Positions 1-12,923 of a stretch of 64,000 bases of DNA are shown here, one piece after another (position 1 is the first letter of the stretch; each line of letters opens with the position of its first letter). Position numbers and translations under genes: made by a program. The stretch covers positions 62,001 through 126,000 of the forward strand of contig RSEE01000028.1 of the NCBI GenBank assembly GCA_003971905.1, written 5' to 3'. This stretch comes from Moniliella sp. 'wahieum'. Lineage: Eukaryota. Below the pieces are notes generated by a model. That model saw only the letters and a program-made list of their open reading frames with translations, had not been told where the DNA came from and ran no database searches.

Positions 1-233
1 ACCGCGTCTCGCTGCTCTGCTCGGCCGCTGAGAGGGAAGGGTCCCACTCCTCGTCCCGCAGGCGTGCGGGCGAGGGGGAGGGACGCTTCCACGGGTAGGG
101 TCTGCACTGTTCGCCGCGCCAGAAGCGGGCGGGGGAGGCGGCGGCGCGGGTGAGGTCGAGGTCGAGCGGGGAGACGTACAGCCGGGGCTGCTCGGGGGAG
201 GGCGGGCGAGGCGCCGGGCGCGAGGGCGGGCAT
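1..233 (-). CDS. Possible 5' end of a gene running off the window edge
   Basis: Minus-strand ATG at 233 in a CGCCGCCATG context, followed by GC-rich coding-like sequence. No family motif recognised. Confidence 0.25.
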   Translation of the reverse strand, partial: MPALAPGASPALPRAAPAVRLPARPRPHPRRRLPRPLLARRTVQTLPVEASLPLARTPAGRGVGPFPLSGRAEQRDA

Positions 234-488
234 GGCGGCGGGGGGGGGTGCGGAGACCGGGCCGACGGCGGCCGAGGGTGGATGGGTTGTGGCTGCTGGG
301 ACATGTGATGTGATGTGATGGATCATCGATTCGATCAGCGGTCCAGCTGATGCGCTGCGCATGGCCAGGGGGTGTACTTTAAGGCCCCATTCCGCCTGCG
401 GGCGGAAGACACCCCGCAGTGCCCCATCGGCCCGTCGGACTCACTAGCCACGCCTATGGCACCACACACTTGCGCCGGCGTGGATGGA

Positions 489-3400
489 TTACAAGCCGCA
501 CGTGTGCGCATGGGCCAGCGCAGCAACCAGCTGGGCCAGCTGCTGCTGCTGCGTCTGCCTCCGCCTCCACGCCCACGTCGCCCAGCGCGCCCAGCGCCGC
601 CGCGCACGCCGCGTCGTCCAGCCCGTCCGGCGCAACACCACCCGCCGCCGCCGCCACCACCTCGCTCCACAGCGCGCCGCCAGGTCCACATCGGCCCCGA
701 ACGCCATCGCACAAGGCGAGGGCCACCGTTGCGTCCTGGTACCCCCAGCGCGCGGGCTGGGCCCATGCCGGCCGCCGGCTTCCCAGCCGCGCACGCAGCC
801 GCGCATCCAGAATGCTCTGCGCCAAGAGCAAGTTGGATGCCAGCCGTACCTCGCCCCCAGTCGCCGCGGCGTGGCTCACCATCTGGTACACGCCCGCTGC
901 GCCGCGCGCCGTTTCGCGCTGCTCGTGCGCCGGCCCAGGCCCAGCCTCGGGCGAGGCCGGGGCGAGCAGACCCAAAAGCCACGCTCTGGCCCCCGGATTG
1001 GTACATGAGATGGGCACGTAGCGTGCTTGGCTTTCTGGACGCAGCGGGCGGAAGCGGGCCAAGGAGACAGTGGTCGCTACTCCGCCTGTTGTTTCTTCGC
1101 TGGCGCTGGCGTCCGGCGTGGGGCGGAGGATGGTGGCTTGCGGGCCAATGGCCCACTCGACCTGCACCGTCCGTTTCAACTGAAGCAGCGTGGGATCCAG
1201 CTTTAGGGTCCTCATCAAAGGGTGTTGAGGCCGCGTCTCGGTCGTCGCGCCCGGCACTACGATTCGTGCAGGCCAAAAGCGGGAGGTGGCAGAGTGAAGC
1301 GTGTAAGCTGCCTCGGCCGGAGGCAGGAGAGCGGGGCTGACCAGCTGCGACGGACCGGAGGTGCACCGCTTGGGGTCCCAGTGCGCCGCGTCGTGCCCCC
1401 ACGCGCACGAGGGGGGGTTGTTGCAGGCTGATCCGTCTCCATGGCCGCTGCCCTCGTTGCTTCTGGCGGATCTGCACATAGGGCAATCGTTTCTGAATGG
1501 CCCGTGTCGACATTGCGTGCGACAGCAAGACGCGAATCGAGTGCCAACACCCATAGGTGACGGAACGCCTGCAGATGAGCCCGATTGTCTGTCCGGGAGG
1601 CCGGGAACTGGGGCCAAAGGGAAATGACCAGACTCGCGATCGCCTGGTCGGTGCGAGCCAGGGTGAATCGGCCTCCGCCGAGGAACAAAAGTCCCAAAGC
1701 CATGTGGGTGGCCATTTGGTTGCCATAGGTCAAGTTGAGGCTATGATGTCGCTCGCGGAGGAAGCGCATTAGATCCACGTCGCCTGTGCCAGCCAACACC
1801 AAAGCAAGTGCCAATCCCACCACGTCCAATGCGGCTTGGAGCAAATTATAGCGGATCTTGGAAAAGTAGCCGTCGAGTTGATGGGCCGCTGCTCTACGAA
1901 GCTGCTCCAATTCCTTGCTCAACACGGCCGGCGCTTGGGACAAGTGCCCTGTTCCAGCAAACTTGAGACCCATCGCAAACGCCGCACCCATCCGCATGTT
2001 GATGTACGCCAGCTGCACAGCCTCCTCGGTCGGTCCGCCGCCCCCTCCGCAGGCGGCCGCTCGGGCAACACATAGTCCTGCACACACGCAGGAAGACTCG
2101 AACGCAGCCAGCTCGCCTCGTCTCGAATCTCGTCCCACAGGATCAAGGAGCGCGCCAGTACGCGAACCAACAGCAGGTCCGGCCGAATTTCGTCCATCTG
2201 GGCCAGCGATTCAGGTAAACTGATCCGTCGTGCCACGGTGGCCAGGCCCGAGCGGAGGAAGATGAAAGCCAAAGCGATCGTGGCAGGGGCAGAAGCGATG
2301 GCCATGCGGTGCAGACGCTGGGTGGAGCGCAGACCGACATACTCGACTCGATTGGCTGGGTAGCCAGGCACGCTTGCGCCCGAACCGGCCTCAGACGGAC
2401 AACCGTCCATCAAGTCTTGCAAACGTTTTATGATTCTCCAATCCACCTCGCTCTGCACCGTCTCCCGTCGCGCTCGTCCTAGCAGAACGAGGCCGAGGGA
2501 GAAGCCGGCCGCCAAGGCGTGGCCCTCGCGATAGTCCGTTTGCAGATCCGGGCTCTCTGGTTCGGGCGGTGCCAAGTCGCGCAGCAGAACCTCGACTTGG
2601 GCGCGTTGGTCCGACGCCATGAACAGCAGCCCAACACTCAACAGGCCCGCAGCTTGGGTCGTGAACGGGGTATTGAGCGGCGCCGAGTCGGGGGCAAAAA
2701 GGACGGAAGCTGACGACGTTAATGTAAACGCCGTCCGATCTTGTGTTCCCACAAACGTGCAGGCCAACCCCAGAATCACCCCAACCGAGGTGAGCTCGTG
2801 CTGGTGGACGAGATAGCGCCAAGCATGCACACGCCCCAACCCCCCCAGTTGCCCCAACAGCCCCACTCCCAGTAGGAAACCGGCATGCGTTGCATTGGGC
2901 TCCCCTCCTTGCGCACGGAAAAGCCAATGGCTATCGATCCCTCCGCGATTGTCACTCACCATCGACAGGGCCGAGGCGACGCCGTTATGAAAGTAGACCC
3001 ATTCCATCTCTCCTGCATCCTTGACGGTCGGTGTGGTCCACTTTTGCTTGTCCACCCGTACTTCCAGCACAAGCGGGGGCGTAGACCAACTCCGGGTCGA
3101 TACCCAAGGCTTGCTCCGCAGCGTCAGCATACCCCTGCCAACGGTCGTGGCCTGGATACGACACAGCCCACCCATGACGCAGCGCAATGTGTCCTCGCTA
3201 CGAGGACAATGTGAGTCAGCATGTGGGAGAAAAAAAGTGGGGTGGGGGGGGGGGGGGGCGGAAATGACGTACTCGGCATGCTTGGACCCGATTCGGACAA
3301 ACTGGGGTCTCGAGGTATCGAGCATACGGCAGGCTTCCTGCAGACGAAAGTCGTGGGGGAAAAGTTGGCCACAGAGGGGAGGCAAGAATATGGAGCTCTT

Positions 3401-6052
3401 GGTTGAGAAGGAGGGAAGGGTGCGGATGTCCGACTCGTAAAAGACCAGTCCTGCTTCGTCCTGGCTCTTCGACGCATCCCCCTCGGTTAGTTGCGCCGCA
3501 CAGTCCATCCTTCCCACCAGTTCGAGTGCGGCACGGGATCGCAGCAACCAGGGAAAGTCATGGGTGGCTCGCAAAACTGGATCCACATCGATTGCCGGGA
3601 CAAGCTGGGCAATGTCAGCGACAGTCACGTTGTTTTTGGCCAAGCGGTCGAGCTGGTCAGAGGAGTGCGCCAACCAGGCTTGGTACGTTGCCTGGTCATG
3701 GGAGGAAGAAAGGATCTTGCGCTGCGCCTCCAGTTCGGCAGTCCATCCCAGGCGCCAACAGAAAGACCGTAGTCCATCGCATCTTCCTTCATCTAAGCCC
3801 AGGCCCAGGCAAAACGAGGTGAACAGGTCCTCAGAGACCACAGTCTTGTGGCTGACCAAATAGTCCAGCCAATCAAAGCGGGGATCCGGTTGGCTGAGCC
3901 TGGGTGGTTCCGAAGCGGATGTGTCGCCGAGCCTTGCGGACCAATACTCGGCCAAGGATTGGGCCCCACATTGGTTTGCTAACTGGACCAAAAGCTTGGC
4001 CAACGGCCTGACTGAGGTTTGGCGTAGCCGCATGTCCAACATGAATTCTTGAGCCAGTAGATGCAAGGTGGCCAATGCTCGGCGGTCCTCAGGGGTAGCT
4101 GGACCGAAGTGGTAGGCTCAGCTGGGGGAACAGGAACGATTTGATCCTCCTCCGATGACGGAGCGAGAGAGTCGAGAGCGAGCAGAGGAAGATCAAAGCG
4201 AGCGTTGGCTCGTTGAATTCGGGCGAGAAGACCGGTTTGGGACGCAGTCAGACCAGGTTTACGACAAGCCGACAAGCCGGCCGAGGCAAGAGACGACGGA
4301 GCCACGTTGCCAAAGCAGGCAGCGCAAAACGCGTTCCACTCGAAAGAGACAAACTCGTCGCTGCAAACGGGTGCACCCCTGGAACCTCGGGTAGACTTGC
4401 CGATGAATGCAGACATGGCGGATCGTAGGGGCAACGTATCGAGCACAGCGCTCAGGGCAGCCAACGCAGCCGACGTAAGGGCACATTTGGGTTCAAAGGT
4501 GGTGAGAGGCGCGGGATAGGGACAAGCAGCAACTGCTTCCCTTCCTCTGGAGATGCCAAGGTGGAGGACCACTGCAACGATCGAGCTTCTTGTCGGTCAC
4601 CCATCGACAAAATCAAAGTGGGCGCCTCTTCCCCCTTCTTGGGGGGAAGGAGCTGGACGGTAAGCTCTAGGTTAGCAGGAACAGATAGTTGCTCCAAGAG
4701 AGAGACCAGGGCATGGCTCGGTTCCGACGCCTCCACATCATCCCAGGGATCCGGCGGATCGTCAGTGGGGTGGTTGATGACGACCCCCTTGATATCCGAA
4801 GCGGGAATTTTGGGCGTGGTGCCATTGTACGAGGAGGAGGATGGGGTTCTCATCATTGCCGAGGGTGTGCGGGAGATGCCAGAGGAGGAGCGTGCCATGG
4901 TGGACGTCTGCGCCATTGCGGACGGGGTGTGGCCCATGGCAGATGGGGTACGGGTCATACCAGAAGCGGTGCGTGCCATGCCGGAAGCTGTTCGTGGCCG
5001 CAACGAAGCACGGCGGGAGCTGAGACCAATTGCCGCGTCGGCATCATCGTCGGCAGGGGGTGCAGAGGCCGGCGCGGGGGTCATCCAACTTGCTCGCCTG
5101 GTCCGATCCAGGGCGTCGCCCTCAGCGGCCATGTAAGTCTGTGGTCTGGCCTTAGACATGGTGGATGGGATGCTTGGCCTGCCGCGGGCTAAAGCCGGGG
5201 TTCGAAGCCGACAGCGGGTGTGGGAGAGGGCAGAGGCTGAGCGTTGGGCACCGACAGAGTAACTGTATATTTGAACGGTGTCCGTGTCGGGCGAGCGGGT
5301 GACCAAGATCTTCGCATCCCCATAGCACGCTGTTCCAGCCGGTGTCTCGTCGAGAACGGCAAACACGCGGAGGGGTTCTTGATACAGGACGAGAGGTGCC
5401 GGAGCAGGGGTGTCGGATGCGGGACGCGAGGGTATCGGGGGGCGGAAGCATATGGTTTTGGTGCGGTAGACCGCCTGGAGCTCGGCGAGTGGCCTCGAAA
5501 AATAGAAGAGGCTCGGCAAACGCTCGGGGGTGCCGGCGCCGGGGAGTGGTAGTGCATAGTCCTCCGCCTCAGGGAGGCGAGTGATGAACACGCCCCGCTC
5601 CGCCGGCCACATCGCAGCCGCGGCAAAGGCGAAGGGTACGTGGATGGGGTCCAATCCCCACATCGGGGGACAGATGCAGAGGGGTGGCGGAAGAGAACAC
5701 AGAGAGACATGCCTTCCGCGGCTGGCAGGCCGGGCAGGTCGGAAGGGACGCCCAGCAGGCATCGACATGTCGGCCTCGAAGGAGTAGGGCGCGACGAGGC
5801 GTGCGCCGCGCACATGCAGCAGGGACGATCCCTTCCAGCGGGCGAGCGGGAGCTGTCGGTGCGCCAGTCGGCGGACACGCCCTCGAGGGTTCCTGACCCC
5901 GCCGCGGGGCCGGAAGGCGGCGCGGGGGGGCGGGGGGGCGCGAGGGCCTGCTTGCGCTCGAGAACAGAGCGCAGAGAGACGAGGATGGGGGAGTGCTCCT
6001 GCGCCACATACGCCTCCAGCCAGGCGGCGTGTGGCAGGCTGTCGATGGCCAT
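489..6052 (-). CDS. APC1: Anaphase-promoting complex subunit 1 (introns, several frameshifts)
   Basis: Successive ORFs carry APC1 motifs: FHNGVASAL, HAGFLLGVGLLGQL, YREGHALAAGFSLGLVLLG, RPDLLLVRVLARSLILWD and YGNQMATHMALGLLFLGGGRFTL...DNRAHLQAFRHLWVLA. An in-frame intron (GTACGT..GCTGAC..TAG) lies at about 3199-3271. The 3' end is uncertain (454 or 489). Confidence 0.93.
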
Positions 6053-6605
6053 GGCGGCGGGGGGAAGCTGGCGCTGGCGCAGGCGCGGGATGCCGAGGTG
6101 GTGGTTGTGTTGGTCGGCGCGTAGCCGTAGCGCTTAGGACCCGTCGGCAGCGGGCCAACCCTAGCCACGCGTCTGACCCGATGCCAGCCTCCGATGAGTG
6201 ATGAACTGAATATACAAGTGCACACTGCCCTCAAACCAAACCAGCACGCTACTAGTCCTCCTTCTTTCAACAGTACCTCAGCCTCACTTGCAAAGGACAC
6301 CACGACACATAATAGGTAGCTACCAATTCGCATCTCCCCCTCCCGCCAGTGAGCTACCAACAAACATCCGCATCTGTACCAAAAAAAGCAGCACACATGC
6401 ACTCGAACAATGATAATATCAAAAAACCGGGTGGTGGGGAATATGCATGTGAGTAAACCAACAGATGAAAGGACAGTGACGGCGGGCCACACAGCGACGC
6501 GAACCACACGACGGCATACAGAAGAGACAGGGATGTGATGTCCCCCTGAGGGCGGCGCCTGAGCTGGCCTCGAGAGGCAAACAGACAGGAGGAACAAGAA
6601 CGACT

Positions 6606-8598
6606 TTAGTCACCGTAGGCGAAGTTGGAAGAAGCACGGAACTTGGCCCCCATCATGTAGAAGAAGAAGGGATGGGAAGCATGCCGACGGCAATGAAGCC
6701 CAGCAACGAACTGGCCCATTGGTTGCGCATGTGGTGGTACATGGGCGACACAAACAATGGCACAGCCGCAGCGCAAAGCGAACGGAGAAGCGTCTTGGCT
6801 GCCAGGGCCGAGGCGGCATAGCTCGGGTAGACATCCACAAGGTAGTTGTTGGCACTCAAGTAGACACTGACGAAGGCAAACCCAAGCGTCACACCACCAC
6901 CAATGCAAGGGCCCGTCCAGTGAACAAACGGCATGCTGGTCCAGGCAAAGATAAACAGACCGCAAGGAAGGATAACAGCGCCAATCATCATCAGCGGTAG
7001 ACGGTCTTCCGGGGTGTTGCCCTTTTCAGCACCTGCGGCCAAGCGCTGAGCCGCCCTGCGCTTGTACATGGGCTCGTTCCATGTCAAAACAAATAGCAGG
7101 GCCAGAAGGATACCGACGACGATAGCCATAAATGTAGTGCCCGTCAGACCTTCGCTGAAATTGTGACCCTGCGCGAAGACGATAGGGAAGGCGAAGAAGA
7201 GCAGGTAAAGCAGGGCTAAACGGAGAAATGGGTCAGAAATCGGGTCCGGGGAGCAAAGGTAACCAAAAAATACGTACAGTAGATGAGGCAAAGATAAAGG
7301 AAAACAGGGTGAGAATGGCTTCCTTGACAAGCATCTCAAACGGACGGTACAGAGAAACCATCATAGTCTTGACAAAGCTGAGCTCGGTGCGCTCCATAGC
7401 GGTTTGGTACCGTTCATCACCCGTCTTTTTGCGCAGCTTCTTGGCACGAGCTTTGAGAATAGTGGAGCCAAGCGTTTCAGGGACGAAGATCATGATGACA
7501 AGCATGATGAACGTGTACGCAAACAAGGTCCAATAGATCCAGCGCCAACCCTTGTAGATTGTGGTAGCGGTCGCAATCCATCCACCGACAAGGGGACCCA
7601 TAGCGGGGCCAAGGAAGAGCACACTGGAAAAGATGGCCATGGGGATACCCTTTTCCTCAACCTTCCAGATGTCCGACAGGGTACCACCCACGTTGGTCAT
7701 GGGCGCCGACGCGGCCAAGCCAGCAATCATACGGCACGCCAAAATGTTGCCAAGTTTTGTGAAATGGCACAGGGAACGTGAAAACTGAGAAGGGAGACTG
7801 TCAGTAAGGGCCCCCAAGAAGGAGGGGGTGAGATACGTACGCCAATAGAGAACACCGGTAATGATGTAAACCGGACGGCGACCGATAAACTCCGACAGGG
7901 GGGCGAAGAGCATCGGTCCAAAGCCAAAGCCAGCGACGAAAAGGGTGATAGACAAGTTGGCAGACACTTCAGCGACGTGCAGATTGGCAGCAACTCCCTC
8001 AAGGTCACCGGTGGGCATGGAGGATCCGATAGCCATACAAAAGCATAATGCGGAGGTGTAAGCGGAAATGAGCCTGACAAAATGTCAGTACAGGGATGCC
8101 CAAAGGAATGAGAGGGACAGGATATGAATGTTTACGCACCACTTCTTGCGCAGGCTGAAGTTACGAGGATTGTCAGGGTCGTTGGGACCAAATTCGACTA
8201 AGAAGGGGTCGTCCTTCTCCTCCTCGGCTGTGCGGGAGACGACTTCGAGATCAGCTTCGGTCCAAGGCGCCCTAAGCGTCATTAAGTGGCTCCGATCCGA
8301 CACGGTCAAGGGAGTCGTGAGAGTAGATCGGTCCCGCTACCGAGGGCATATGCGATGTGTCACGTCTTGACACACGCGAGCCTATTGGGGCGGGAATCAT
8401 GCCCACGTCGCCGGGGGAGGTAAAAGTGGGAGCTTCAAATGGTCGATTCTCGAACGAAGAGCGGCGCGGCTCTTGCTGCTTTTCGTTCAACGGCTCTTGC
8501 TGCTTTTCATTCAACGGAGCGTCGGGGGCCTTCTCTTTGGAGTGAAGGGCATCGATGGCAGTGGTGGCATCTGAGGCGGAGGAAGTGCTGTTGGCCAT
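6606..8598 (-). CDS. MFS drug:H+ antiporter, DHA1 family
   Basis: Motifs VEFGPNDPDNPRNFS, GPMLFAPLSEFIGRRPVY, WRWIYW, PETL, PEDRLPLMMIG and YLVDVYPSYAASALAA. Many hydrophobic segments. Confidence 0.92.
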
Positions 8599-8770
8599 GT
8601 GTGTAACAAGTAGTGGGGATACACGGCCAGTGGGTATGGTATCACTGCACGGGATCGGCTGCAGGTTCAGAGCCCAGTTGCTGTGAGAAGACAGCTGGAG
8701 GAGGGGAGGGATGAGGGGCGAGGGTAGGGAGAGGAAAGGGAGCGATGGATCCGAGGGGGAAAGAGCGCTG

Positions 8771-8780
8771 GTTTATATGT
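8771..8780 (-). promoter_or_regulatory. TATA box of the DHA1 transporter
   Basis: The minus strand reads CATATAAA about 175 bp upstream of the ATG, followed by a pyrimidine-rich tract. Confidence 0.5.
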
Positions 8781-10847
8781 GACCTGCAGGCGTGGGCGAA
8801 CAATTGAATGAACTAGTTCTCTTGTCGGACAGGCGGACACTCACGCATCACGCGCTCGCACGGGGTCAGCCTGAGGCGGAGGCTTGACTGGGGATGGGTG
8901 ATCGATCGAAGCGCGCATGCGGCCGCAGCACGCCAGTGTGGAGGCGTGCATCAGCACCTGTTATGTTTGCCTCAACGTGTGCGAGGCGGCGACAGCCGGC
9001 ACGAGTCCAGTGGGTTGCATGTCCCGTGTGGGCCCAACTGACACACTCACGCACCCATGTCACCTGTCATCGATGTCATCGATCATCCACATCCGCCTCA
9101 GGCCGCAGGCGCCCTGTCCGAGCACGCGTCACATGTCCCATGTCCCATGTCGCACTGGGGCTACTGTGGCCCCAAGGCCTGAAGCTCTTGAGATCTGAGT
9201 CAGGCCTGAGGGCCCGAGGGCGTGAATTTTGCCAGGCCCTATATCCCAGGGAGAGCAACAATTCATCGATCTTGAATCCATGATCGAGTCATCGATCATC
9301 AGCGATAATCGATAGTCGATCGATAATCGAATCGTCAACGTTCAACCGATCAAATTCAAATTCGATGACCGCTAAAAATGGCAACCCACAGCAGCCCCCC
9401 GACGCGTCACCGTAACCGGCGTACCCCGTAGCCGGCATAACCCGTGCCTCTGTCACGCGTCACCCGCCAACCCATCCGTCTCATAGACGGTAACCAGTAA
9501 CAAGGGTAACCGGTAACCAGTGATGACGCGATGCCATGTACCAGAGGTACTGTGTGCGGTGGCTCCAGGGCAACCCAAGGCAATTTAAGCTTGCACACAC
9601 GCTTTCTTTTTTTGGGGTGCGAGACGAGTTACGCGTTACGCGCTTACCAGTTACGCGTACGATCGAATCTGGGACATGGCACTCCGAATACTCTTGGAAT
9701 CAGACGCCAGGGCGCGTAACCTTGGCGGTTTTCACTCGGGCCTGAGCCTCAGGGCCGCAGGGCTTCATCGAGAACATCCATCTTTGATCGTCTTCAATGG
9801 AAGTTACAACAACCAACTGTTAGCTAATAACTGTCCAGGCTTTTGTGCATGGCGTTATCTTGTTCGTTGCCAACGCACACATGAGATGTGGGAGTCCCCA
9901 GAGGCCTCGTGGTAAACGCTGAACACGTTGAATAGTGGGCGAGCTGGCTGAACACTGAACAACACTGAACGCACTCAACCCCGGGCACGTCGAGGACGTC
10001 AAACGTTCACGCGTTAACCGCCAACGGGGCTAACGGGCAACGTAGCAACCGAACAGTTCTTTGGGGGCAATCCGTACTGTCGCGCGAGCGAAAGATATGT
10101 CAAAAAGCACTGCCCCGCCGCCAAGTCCGGCGAGCAAAGGCATAAGAGCAGTGTCTCATTATAAACCCGCTCCGTCCGAATGCTTGATGCATGACAACAC
10201 GGTTTAACATGCCAACTAAGTACTCGTCTTCGTTTTGTGTGGTGAACACCTCCAGTTGATGCTGTCCTGTGTGTCTGGCTAACTGGCTTAGCCCGTAAAT
10301 CGTAACGACTTACCACCAACAGCCGCTTACTCTCCCAAGGGTTAAGGCCATTAAGGCTATAGGCTCAATGCCGACAACCATAAGGATAAAACTGTTTAAT
10401 CGTAATAGCTTGTCCTTCCTCACGCTTGAGCCCTGTGGGCCATGTTGAGAGGCTTGAGGTCAAGCCCTTGATATCCCTGAAAGGGCCTCTAAAGCCTCTC
10501 AAACTCAAGCCATCATGCAATCCTCATGCAGCTCCAAAAGCTAGTCAAGCTGCGAGCGCATTGAATATTGATGCGCCAAATGTCAAAGACCTCAAAAGGT
10601 GCTTCACGGTCTTGACGTTGGGGATATGCGCTGGTTCTTCTCGCCACGCCACGCCGTGTACTTCCATATATGTGCACACGTTATGGGCCTCCAATGTCTA
10701 TTAGTGCCCATGAGTTGCATGAGTCTTCTGTTTTACACGACTGTACTCTAACAGTACTCAATATACTCAGCGTACTCAGCGCGCTCAGCACCGCCGTACT
10801 TTTGGACACGCGCATCACGCGTCACCACGCGCGGCGCCACACGCACC

Positions 10848-10907
10848 CACAGGTACCCACAGGCACCCACAGGCACCCACAGGCACCCACAGGCACCCAC
10901 AGGCACC
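10848..10907 (+). repeat. Minisatellite (ACAGGCACCC), about 6 copies
   Basis: Directly visible 10-bp tandem repeat. The first copy has one mismatch. Confidence 0.95.
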
Positions 10908-11842
10908 CTCCGTTTTAAGTACCTCCGACAGGGTCCAGTTTTCAGCTTCACCTGCACATCTGTGGCCAAGCCCGTTCGTACAGCTATATGCTATGGCATC
11001 TCTTCAAGTTGTTGCCAGAGCTTGTTACTCGGGGACAGATGAGAATTGAACGGGATTCCACAGGGATATTGAGCCAGCTTAGAAGCATCAGTAAGAGCGT
11101 TGCTTGCTCTCGTGCCAACTCAATCTTCCCTTTACTTTCCCCCTTTGCATTATAGAGAGAAAATCATTAGGCATTAGGCCTCATCGATCATCGACCTCAT
11201 CGACTTCATTTGGTATGGTGAAGCCCCGAGAGGTATGAATGAGGTCATGAGGCCCACCGCGTTGATCGTTGACCCACAAATCTATCATGCCAAGCTCCAA
11301 ACTGGAGCCTTTGACGCGTAACGCGTAACGTGTAACGCTTTACCAGCTTAGGGAAGAGGTACAAAAAAGCCTGAGGCGCCCAGGCACTGGCTCCGGTGCG
11401 TGAGCGCGTGAGCTCACGCCGTTTGTTCCTCTCAGATCTCAGGTCCTCAGGTTTCAGAGGGGCTCTCACTTAACGTTAAACGTCGTAAACATGCGATGCA
11501 ACCAGGCACCGCCCTCCCTAGTCCGGGGGCCTACTTCGTTTAAATACTTCGTTTCCGGCGGTTTCAGTGGCACGCTAGTCACTGACTAGTCACGCTTTCG
11601 CGCCACACGCGCGTCAGATGTGCTTAGGCTGTGGTATCTGAGAATCGTGAATCAGAGATCTAGGATCCAACGCGTGACGCGGATCTTTAAAACCCCTTCC
11701 GAAAAGGTATATAGCGGGGATCCAACCAGCGCTCGGGTGCTCAGATTCAGACGATCCTCAGACCAGCTGAGGCTCAGCGCCTGTGTTGGTCCACAAGGAA
11801 TTGTACTGTAGTCACTAACGTCATTAATCGAACCAATCATTC

Positions 11843-11910
11843 GTCACGCGTCACGCGTCACGCGTCACCGGCTAGATCTGAGATCTGAGACCCGGCGGTC
11901 ACCGGTCACT
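11843..11910. repeat. Heptamer array (TCACGCG)x3, TCACCGG, (GATCTGA)x2, TCACCGGTCA
   Basis: Directly visible. Confidence 0.9.
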
Positions 11911-11951
11911 GTGCTCACCGGCCATGGTCATTCAACATGACGCGGTCAACC

Positions 11952-12053
11952 TTCAAGCTCTTCGAGCTTCAAGAGCTTCAAGCTTCAAGCTACTTCAAGC
12001 TTCAAACCTCAAGCTTCAAGCTTCAAGCTTCAAGCTTCAAGCTTCGAGCTTCA
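11952..12053 (+). repeat. Degenerate (TCAAGCT)n heptamer array
   Basis: More than 10 units, including a perfect run at about 12009-12045. Confidence 0.95.
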
Positions 12054-12923
12054 CGTTATACCGTACCACGCGTTGCTGAGCACAAACAACATGATGATCA
12101 TGCAGACCAAGTTAGCGACGAAAGGGCGGTAAGCCGGTAAGCCCGGCGAGCGTTGAACCCGACGAGTGATGGTGTCAACGTTCAACACCTGTTTATTGGC
12201 ATGGTTGATGATTCCCAGCGGCCGAGTTTGTTTTCCAGTTTTTTTTAGACGCTACCGTGCCCAGAGTGGTGTGCGTCTCGGCTCTCTCTGGCGTAGACCT
12301 ATCACCTGTCGCGGTGGGAGGACGAGCATGTGACGGAGAGACCACAAGAGAGCACGCGAAGATCCACAACCAGCTCCCCGACCAGCCAGCGCCGCTGGGT
12401 GGGGGCCTGCAATCCTCTTTCCAACAGCTGGCGGCGTCTGCTGTGGGGAGTGGTTAGGCCGTGGGGGGGATCGAAAACGAAATGCATCCTATGACGCAGA
12501 AGAGTAGAGGAGGCTGTGCTCTCTACCCTGCTCTACCAGCTGTTTGTTTTCCTGTGCCACTCATGCCGCACGCCTTCTCACTTTTCAGCTTACAAAGGGC
12601 CAGTGCTGGTGGTGTAGTGTTGGTGGTTAAGCCTGACGCTGCTTTTTATTGTAATTGCGCGCTTCTTCCATGCACATGTCCTCACCTCTATACTTTGGCA
12701 CACAACGGCCTTGAAGCTATTATTGTGTCTGTGGCGCTTGGCGCAGGAACGGGTAGCTTGGTAGAAAAACAAAAAACCGAAACACGTGTCCGTCCCTGAC
12801 GTTTGCGAGCGAAAACGAAGGCAGATTATGAGTATACTTTTCTAGCGCTTGCCCTGCCCGAGGCTGGAACACAAGTGGGAAGCAGAACGCAGAACGCAGA
12901 GAGCAGGAAGAGATATTGCATTG

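Noticed and set aside
335..1726. Long alternative-frame and antisense ORFs here and throughout (for example 25447-26868, 27512-28783, 37163-38272)
   Set aside because: They are Arg/Pro/Gly-rich shadow ORFs caused by high GC, and they overlap recognisable genes.
6190..6215. GTGATGA..CTGA as a box C/D snoRNA
   Set aside because: The boxes are immediately adjacent, with no guide region or terminal stem.
8468..8517. PLNEKQQE duplication in the DHA1 N-terminus, and the ET repeat in TTI2 (23968-24018)
   Set aside because: Ordinary in-frame slippage in disordered segments.
11844..11865. ACGCGT x3 as MCB cell-cycle boxes
   Set aside because: No gene start is nearby, and the run is better explained as one member of the general heptamer pattern.
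8900..12800. Transposon or LTR remnant in the large gap
   Set aside because: No transposase, reverse transcriptase or integrase motifs, terminal repeats or target-site duplications recognised.
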